Assembly: GCA_964016885.1 (NCBI GenBank)
Contig: OZ024748.1
Location: 58,404,001-58,468,000 of the forward strand
Source: Eledone cirrhosa
Taxonomy: Eukaryota
Direction: 5' to 3'
DNA: 64,000 nt
Below, one piece after another: positions 53,651 to 64,000 of this stretch. The position numbers were made by a program, and so were the translations under genes. Every line of letters begins with the position of its first letter. Position 1 is the first letter of the stretch. The notes below the pieces were generated by a model. That model made no database searches and had not been told where the DNA came from. It saw only the letters and a list, made by a program, of their open reading frames with translations.

Positions 53651-54935
53651 AGTAAAAAATTGAACGGGAACAAAACAGAGAGGCAGTACGAACAAAGGTT
53701 TATTAGTTTCACGCTCTTGGGAGAGAGGTGGTGGTGGGGAACGACGTTTCGGGCATCAGCCCTTCTTCAGGTGAAAAGTGTGTGGGAAGAGAGTTCCAAG
53801 GGTGTGTATGGGAGTGGTGAAGAAACATATAGAAAAAAGGGGGTGATAGGAAACCGTACAAATGAAATTAAATATAAAAGCAAAATAAAAATAAAAATAA
53901 ACATGAAGTAAAACAGATGGTGGAGGGGTGTGGCGCGCGTAGGGGTGGCGGCGGGTGGAGTGGGGAAAGGGAGGCGGGGTGTCCTGGCGGGGAGGGCTGA
54001 ATATGTTGTGTGTGTGTGTGTAGGTGTACGTGTGTGTGTGTGTATGTGAAAGTAAGAGTTGGGGGAAGAACGGGGTTCCATGTTCAGGAAAAGGTATGTG
54101 TGGGGTGGGGTGTAGGTCGGTGTGTGTGTGCGTGTGAGGATGAGGAGGGGTCAGAGGGTGGGGGAGAGGATTCCGGAGGCTGGCTGTGTAAATATGTGGT
54201 GGTACGCACGTGTGTGTGGTGTTTATACGTGTTGTGGATGTAGGTGGCGTGTGGCAAAACAAATCTTTTTGAGTGTATGTCTGTGGGTAGTTCCGTAGAG
54301 GATGTGGTGGGAAGCTGGGTAATATCCTTGGGATGTTGTTGATTCTTGGGAGCGATGTCTAATGTGTGTAATCCGTGGTTGGATTGGTTGGAAGAGGGGA
54401 GATGTGGAGTGCGAGCGCAACACGGTGGTCAGAGGGTCAAGGCAGGAGGAGGGTTGTGTGGTTGTGTGACTGTGTGTGCGGAGAGGTGGTCAGAGATTCG
54501 GGGGGGAATAGCAGCAATCGGGGAGAATGGTAAGTGAAGAAAGTCGGTGTGTCTGTGTGTGCGGACGTGCGGTGGACATGGAAGAGGATGGGTAAGTGTG
54601 AAAGTTGGAGTGAGAAGAGGGTGTGTGTTTTAGTAGAGGTGTTGGTTGGATGTGTGTGTTGGTGAGAAAGGGTGTGGGTGGAGCGGGGAGGGTGAGGACC
54701 AGCTCGGCGAGGCGAAGGGGGTGGGGGTGGATGGGATGGGGGAGGGGTGAAGGTCGAGGTAGTGCTTGAGCGCACGTAGGCCGTCGGCGTGGGGGATGAC
54801 GGTATAGAGGGACTTGATATCTAGGGTGAAGAGGAAGGGCTGTGGGCCGGGTGGGAAGGGTTGTGGGCCGGGTGGGAAGGTGAAGGAGTCGAAAAGGCGC
54901 AGGGCGTGGTTGGTGTCGGAAATGTGGGAGGGATA
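53651..54935 (-). mobile_element. Internally decayed Penelope-like element: RT fragment plus pLTR with minimal HHR
   Basis: DTNHAL..LFTLDIKSLYTVIPH; ac-CTGAAGA-agggc tgat gccc-GAAACGTC-gt at 53741-53772. Confidence 0.8.
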
Positions 54936-55412
54936 TAATATAAAATTAAAATTAGCTAAAGCGTAATCCAATACAAGCGATATTCATTGATATATGAGAA
55001 TAGAATTTTGATTTCTTATTTTATCTAGCATTTGAAAACAACGGTTTTTTAATCTCCTCTCTATTTCACATTTCCATCTTTCTTTTCTTCATTTTTCTTT
55101 ATTCCTCTTCGTTTTCACTGTATTCTCCCCACACCTTCCCTCTCTTTTGTTTTTATTCCGCTTTTCTCTTACATCTTTATTTCTTCTTTTATTCATTTAT
55201 CCATTTATGTATTTATTTATCTATTTGTTTATGGTTTTGCCTTTTCCTCTTCTTTGCATCCCCCTTCTCTATTTCTACCTTGCTCTACGTCATTTTCTTC
55301 TTTAAGTTTATCATATTATTTTTGGTATAAAAACGTTGAGATTTGGTGAAATAAATCACTGTCAATACTGGAATTGAATAATCAAAACCGTAGCGGTATG
55401 TCACATATCAAT

Positions 55413-55478
55413 TATATTTTGTCTGATGAAAACGTACTTAAACACCATTGTACCTTTGAAATACGTATACAAAATATA
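55413..55478 (+). ncRNA. Type I hammerhead-like motif (solo pLTR fragment)
   Basis: tatattttgt-CTGATGA-aaacgtac..gtaccttt-GAAA-tacgta-TA-caaaatata; 1 nt short at the cleavage site. Confidence 0.65.
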
Positions 55479-55569
55479 TATTTTGATTATGAGAATATTT
55501 TTCATTTATTAACATTTTGAATTATATATATATATAATAAAGTATTTCAATGAAAAGGTAAAGGAAAGA

Positions 55570-55862
55570 AGCGTGCTCTATGTATAATACAGAGCTATTT
55601 AATTATGTAATAAACAACACAATATAAGTATTCCATTACCCAAGGTTTCACAAAGACAGGCGACCCCAACAGAGAGCTCCGTAGTCGTTCAAAATTTAAT
55701 ATGGAGGTAAGATATGAAATTAAAATCAAAGGATTTTCATTTCAATTTCATATCTTATATTATTAACTTTTCCTTCTGATGAACGACTTCGGACGCTTCT
55801 CTTGGGGTCGCCTGATTTCGTGAAACCTAGGGTAATGGAATAATTATATTGTGTTGTTTATT
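55570..55862. mobile_element. HHR inverted-repeat cassette
   Basis: Arms 55609-55691 / 55780-55862; CTGATGA (55776)-acga..tcgt-GAAA-cctagg-GTA-atggaa; tail gctc..gagcac on the minus strand. Confidence 0.8.
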
Positions 55863-55864
55863 TC

Positions 55865-55902
<38 letters not shown>

Positions 55903-56796
55903 GTAGTTCTCGTCACAAATCCAAACGATATGCCTTCTCAACGAAGATTAAATGCTTTGTCCATGTCAGATTATAGATAAGAGAATAATGATATTAATGT
56001 ACAAAAACTTAGAGCTGTTGGCACCCAATGCTATCATACTAACACAGTGATATTACTCCCATTTGACTTCCGTACAAAAGTAGGAATAAGTTTCGCAGCA
56101 CCATACTTAATATGTTGAAGCACAAATCATTTATAACGTTTATTCGGTGGAAGAAAACATACGCAGATTGGTTTACATATATTGAACTGATTTTGTTAAA
56201 ATAATTTGACATTGTGTACATCATCCATAAAGATAGCAACATATTTTAAAATCCATTAAACTATTGCTGATATTCTTTATAGAATATGCCATTAAAAATA
56301 TTTTCGTGTTATCATATTTGTCCTTCATTAATGCCTCATTTAATAGTCACAATTTTATGTAGGCTACCAGTAGATTGTGAAAGGTTTTGAAGGCTTCAAT
56401 ACAATTCTTTATGATAAAAATAGAACGAATAATGTTTGATGATTCAGAAGTATGCAACATTAAATTTATTTATCATTAAAAAGATTCCGCTGCAACAATC
56501 AGGAGATTAAGCTGTTCTCCCTTATACTAGTCAAGTTCCAAGTATGTAAAATCTCGCTTAGTTTATTCGGCCTTATCTTGTTCAGCCCAGAGAATCTAAA
56601 ATACTTTCTACCGTGTACATACCTTACTTATCTATAAAAATACAAATCCTAGCCTAATGTATATATCTACAGCAATTTCACACTCCAAATTTGAATATAA
56701 AAGTAAGAGCTTAAGTGTGTGTGTGTGTGTGAATGAATTGTATGTGTCTAAAGTATATATATATAATATATTTCTCCGTCCTTAACTTAATTCTAA

Positions 56797-56846
<50 letters not shown>

Positions 56847-56876
56847 AGATCAAAAGATGGTTAAAGGAGTTCCATG

Positions 56877-56947
56877 TATTTTATTATGCGCATTTCAAAA
56901 GCAAACATCATCATGCAATAATATTTGTGTTTTCATCAGATAAAACA
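56877..56947 (-). ncRNA. Type I hammerhead ribozyme, core intact
   Basis: tgttttat-CTGATGA-aaacacaaatat..atgtttgctttt-GAAA-tgcgca-TA-ataaaata. Confidence 0.8.
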
Positions 56948-56959
56948 GGAGAACAAATA

Positions 56960-57007
56960 TATATATATATATATTTCTATATGTATATATATGTATGTGT
57001 GTGTATG

Positions 57008-57062
<55 letters not shown>

Positions 57063-57144
57063 CTACGTCTTTAACTTAATTCTAAATGTATGTATATATA
57101 TATATATATATATATATACGTATGTATGTGTGTATGTATGTACG

Positions 57145-57195
<51 letters not shown>

Positions 57196-57305
57196 ATATA
57201 TATATATATATGTATGTATATATATATGTATATATATATATTTATGTATATATATATATATGTATGTATGTGTATATATATATGTATATATATATACATA
57301 CATAC

Positions 57306-57337
<32 letters not shown>

Positions 57338-57399
57338 GTATATATATATGTATATATATGTATGTTTGTATGTATGTGTATATATATATGTATATATAT

Positions 57400-57445
<46 letters not shown>

Positions 57446-57590
57446 GTATATATATATGTATATATATGTATGTTTGTATATATTTATATATATATATGTA
57501 TATATATATATGTATGTTTGTATATATATATATATATGTATACATATGTATGTATGTATATATATATATATATATTTATTTATATGTATA
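56960..57590. repeat. Compound (TA)/(TATG) microsatellite
   Basis: Direct reading. Confidence 0.95.
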
Positions 57591-58260
57591 AACCAGTTAC
57601 ATAGTCAATGATAAATTTTGCTTCATACACGTATATGTACTAAAAAAAATGATGAATTGTCGAAAACGATAACATGATCCGATTATATGACATTGTAATG
57701 GAGACTGCTTTGTAGATAATGTATTATTTTTCCAGTATTTGCATATAATGGAAGAAAATCTCTCCTCCTAAAGAAAAATTGTGAATCTCATGACATTATT
57801 TCCTTGGTTACATCTCGGTCTACATTTTCCGATATATGTATAGTTACAATTTGAAGTATTTCAAAATTACAATAATTGCACACTGGATATATTAAAACAT
57901 TTTCATTCATTGATGTTCAAGTAATTTATAATATTTGGTTGTGATTTTTATACTACAATTTCTTTTACGTTTATATAAAAAGTTGAGAAACTTTTAATGA
58001 GGAAATCTTCACATGAATTATACAAAAGAAAATCTAATAGAAGATACACAGTATATACTTTTCACAATTTGATTTTCCTACTTTCTCCACTGGTGGGAAT
58101 TTTTACGATATTCAATTAGAAATGAATCTATGAATTTTTACAGAATTTAGTATTTGAAGCAGTGAAGACATAAATACCACATCATGCTTACCATACACCT
58201 TCATATATATATATATATATATAGTGACGAAACATAAGTCAATTGGATGAACTCATAATC

Positions 58261-58306
<46 letters not shown>

Positions 58307-58331
58307 GAAGGTGTATGGTATGTATAATGTG

Positions 58332-58520
58332 GTATGTAGATGCAGGTCTCTTGGAGATGCACGACATGGCAGCGTTGATGATGGACAGAGACTGCTGGAG
58401 AGAATTCGTCTATGATATTTCGGGATTTTACCCACCCTAGATTATATATAGACGAATATACGATTTCTTTCCAGCGGTCTCTGTCCCTCATCATCGCTGC
58501 CATGTCCTGCATCTACATAT
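58332..58520. mobile_element. Two RTE-type 3' ends, tail to tail
   Basis: Plus DAGLLEMHDMAALMMDRDCWREFV; minus MQDMAAMMRDRDRWKEIV. Confidence 0.6.
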
Positions 58521-58772
58521 GTCAACCTCGGTAATAAAAAATATTCCGCAGGACAAAACTGTATTCTTTATATTTGTCTCAGCGACAACTCATCCATCAT
58601 CTACTGGTTCTAAACATGCAGAGTCATAACGACCAGACTGTTCTTTGACAGTGTAGTTAGGGTCTCTAACCCTAATATCGTGCAATACACTTTCCCTGGT
58701 TCTTTTCAATGGCTGATAATACCTTACCAGCACCACTGGAATAAGGTAATTATTTAACACATGAATGTATAT

Positions 58773-58817
<45 letters not shown>

Positions 58818-58818
<1 letters not shown>

Positions 58819-59582
58819 GTTATTCCGGGTTGAATCGGAGGTAACCACAGTAAGTAAGGTACTCAATACATAGCAGAGTATAATAGTTTTAATATAGAAG
58901 AGATTCTACAGGACTAGAACTGTTTCATTCATTAGAAATCATCAGGAATCTGGGTATCAAAAAATAAATATGGTATTTATAGGTCTCTACAAGTGGTAGG
59001 AGAGGGTGGGGAGTGGGATGGGTGCAGGTCATTGGTTGATAGAGAAGGGAATTCATTAAAGGCTAATTCTACATAGCTATAGTTAATTTATATTTATTTA
59101 TGTTTTTAGAGTAACAAAGGCAGACAGAAATCTATAAACAAGTTCCGGATGGCATACCATTCCGTGTCAATAAGTTTCTCTTAAGCTAGCAGATGTCTAT
59201 AAAATCAGTGGGGGGTCATTCATGCTCGATAGAATTAAAGAAAAGGGAGATTCTTTAAAAGCTAAAGTCATTAAGTTCTGCTAAGTGACAAAGGTCTAGG
59301 GAATTCTGCAGACAGATTCAAAATACTGAGTGCATATCTTACTATTATCTTCGAACTTCTCTTAAACTAATCAACAATATGCCAAATCAACAGACACATT
59401 CACAAAAAAACAAAAAAAAACCAAAAAAAACAAAAAACCAGAAAAAAAAAAAAAAAAAAACCACACCTAAAAAAACCCCCAAAAAACACACATACTCACT
59501 CACACACTTACGCGCAACCATAAACACACACATAAACACAAATACACACATAAAAACACACACACATATATAAAAAAAAATT
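58818..59582 (-). repeat. Inverted pLTR of the young Penelope element (HHR + tail)
   Basis: 58956-59582 is the reverse complement of 63380-64000. Confidence 0.95.
58901..58951 (-). ncRNA. Type I hammerhead ribozyme
   Basis: agattc-CTGATGA-tttc taat gaat-GAAA-cag ttctagtc ct-GTA-gaatct. Confidence 0.8.
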
Positions 59583-60898
59583 TTACCACCATTACCGATG
59601 CCGAGCAAGTTATTATCCTCCACGCTCGTAAGACCTTTCTATACCACGATGGATCTTACTGGATCAACAAGAAATCTCAGACCCCATTTGACGTTAGCAT
59701 GGGGGCGAGTGACTCGGCTGAAATTAGCGACCTTGTGGGCCTGTACATCCTACATAACCTGAAGAACCTCTTTACCGGCCTTACTGGAGGTTTATACCGA
59801 GACGACGGCCTCTTCGCCCTGCATAAGGTTAGCCCCAGAACCACCGATGGGTTTCGGAAAAACTTAAGCTCTTTCTTCTCTAATCTAGGATTTAGTATTA
59901 CTATAGATTCTAATTTGACTAGGGCCAACTTCTTAGATGTCACTCTCGACCTAGATACTTCCCTCTATTACCCGTACCACAAACCTAACGAGTCCCTTAA
60001 ATATATTAATGTTAATTCAAACCACCCCCAAAACATTACTGATAACCTAGTAAAAAGCGTCTCTATTAGAATATCTGGCCTCTCCGCCAACAAAGATATG
60101 TTTAATGCATCTGCCTCCTACTACAATGACGCCCTAGCCCGTAGCGGATTTAAAGATAAGATAACTTACCTAGAAACCACCGCAAAATTGCAGAGGAGGA
60201 ATAGACATAGGCAGATTAGCTGGTACAACCCTCCCTTCAATAGAGAGGTATCTACTCCGATAGCTAGGATTTTCTTCACTTTACTGAAATTACACTTCCC
60301 CATACAACATAGGTACTACACCATCTTTAATAAGAACACTATAAGACTGTCTTACTCCACCACACCTAACCTAGCTAGGAATATAGCCAACCACAACTCT
60401 AAACTAAATAAGCCAACCACCTCCGAAACCAATCCCCGGACTGGGGCTCTATGTAATTGCCTAAATAAGGAAACATGCCCACTAGAAAACAAATGCCTCA
60501 CAAACGACATCGTATACAAATGCGATGTCATCTCGGGCACCGAGGATTGCAAAAAAACTTACATCGGCATGACATCCAACACCTTTAAGACCCGCTGGTA
60601 TGCCCATACCCACTCCTTCAGAAGACCGGATAAATCAAACCAAACAACACTCGCCTCCTACGTTTGGGACCTCAAAAGGAACTCCACCCCCTTCACGCTT
60701 AATTGGAAAATACTCCAGAAAGCGCGCTCTTACGACGGAGGACACAAGGGCTGCGACCTTTGTATTTCAGAGAGTTACGAAATTTTATTCGCCAAGGGCC
60801 CGCTACTGAACAAACTCTCTGAACACTGCCCGAACTGCATGCACAAGAACTTTGCAACATTCAAACACTTTAAGCCAGTGTTAAAGCCCGATGGCTAA
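59582..60898 (+). CDS. Penelope-like retroelement ORF, 5'-truncated RT + GIY-YIG endonuclease
   Basis: Frame is open from ~59582 (upstream of the listed ATG): [51 protein letters not shown]...H, CDLC..E, C.H. Confidence 0.92.
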   Translation, partial: FTTITDAEQVIILHARKTFLYHDGSYWINKKSQTPFDVSMGASDSAEISDLVGLYILHNLKNLFTGLTGGLYRDDGLFALHKVSPRTTDGFRKNLSSFFSNLGFSITIDSNLTRANFLDVTLDLDTSLYYPYHKPNESLKYINVNSNHPQNITDNLVKSVSIRISGLSANKDMFNASASYYNDALARSGFKDKITYLETTAKLQRRNRHRQISWYNPPFNREVSTPIARIFFTLLKLHFPIQHRYYTIFNKNTIRLSYSTTPNLARNIANHNSKLNKPTTSETNPRTGALCNCLNKETCPLENKCLTNDIVYKCDVISGTEDCKKTYIGMTSNTFKTRWYAHTHSFRRPDKSNQTTLASYVWDLKRNSTPFTLNWKILQKARSYDGGHKGCDLCISESYEILFAKGPLLNKLSEHCPNCMHKNFATFKHFKPVLKPDG

Positions 60899-61074
60899 AA
60901 ACGACCTCCCCCTATTGGCCCCTATACCTCCTCCCCACCCTACCCCCACCCCTCCTCAACCTGAAATACGGCCACTATGGTCATGTGAGTACCTCTTTTG
61001 TATCTACTTTTTCTGCCTGTAGAGGTGTCTTTATGTGCCTGTGTATATGCGTATATTTACTGAGTACCTATTTA

Positions 61075-63379
<2,305 letters not shown>

Positions 63380-63400
<21 letters not shown>

Positions 63401-64000
63401 TGTGTTTTTATGTGTGTATTTGTGTTTATGTGTGTGTTTATGGTTGCGCGTAAGTGTGTGAGTGAGTATGTGTGTTTTTTTGGGTTTTTTTTAGGTGTGG
63501 TTTTTTTTGTTTTTCTGGTTTTTTGGTTTTTTTGGGGTTTTTTTGTTTTTTTGTGAATGTGTCTGTTGATTTGGCATATTGTTGATTAGTTTAAGAGAAG
63601 TTCGAAGATAATAGTAAGATATGCACTCAGTATTTTGAATCTGTCTGCAGAATTCCCTAGACCTTTGTCACTTAGCAGAACTTAATGACTTTAGCTTTTA
63701 AAGAATCTCCCTTTTCTTTAATTCTATCGAGCATGAATGACCCCCCACTGATTTTATAGACATCTGCTAGCTTAAGAGAAACTTATTGACAAGGAATGGT
63801 ATGCCATCCGGAACTTGTTTATAGATTTCTGTCTGCCTTTGTTACTCTAAAAACATAAATAAATATAAATTAACTATAGCTATGTAGAATTAGCCTTTAA
63901 TGAATTCCCTTCTCTATCAACCAATGACCTGCACCCATCCCACTCCCCACCCTCTCCTACCACTTGTAGAGACCTATAAATACCATATTTATTTTTTGAT
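63380..64000 (+). repeat. Sense 3' repeat (pLTR) of the Penelope element, runs off the window
   Basis: Near-identical inverted match to 58956-59582. Confidence 0.95.

Overview
Eukaryotic, AT-rich, microsatellite-laden DNA. The SINE family and (TA)n/(CA)n load suggest an octopus/cephalopod genome, which is an inference. No intact host gene was found, and most ORFs in the supplied track are microsatellite artefacts. Content: (1) about 20 copies of one tRNA-headed SINE; (2) LINE fragments: Dong/R4 in (TAA)n, two CRE-like pieces and several RTE pieces; (3) a non-autonomous Helitron plus mariner/hAT remnants; (4) Penelope-like elements (PLEs), including a young RT+GIY-YIG ORF at 59.6-60.9 kb inside long inverted repeats; (5) scattered, stop-riddled minus-strand exons resembling an F-type-lectin + EGF-repeat (MEGF10/SREC-like) gene cluster. 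The most striking signal is a dozen or more type I hammerhead ribozyme (HHR) motifs, mostly in ORF-less head-to-head inverted-repeat cassettes. These share a covarying palindromic stem III and an ACTC...GAGT tail hairpin, and the inverted arm usually stops just before that hairpin. One cassette is a highly structured ~600-nt unit present as a circular permutation (29.3-30.8 kb), a candidate retrozyme/mini-Penelope. All calls were read by eye; coordinates of decayed features are approximate.
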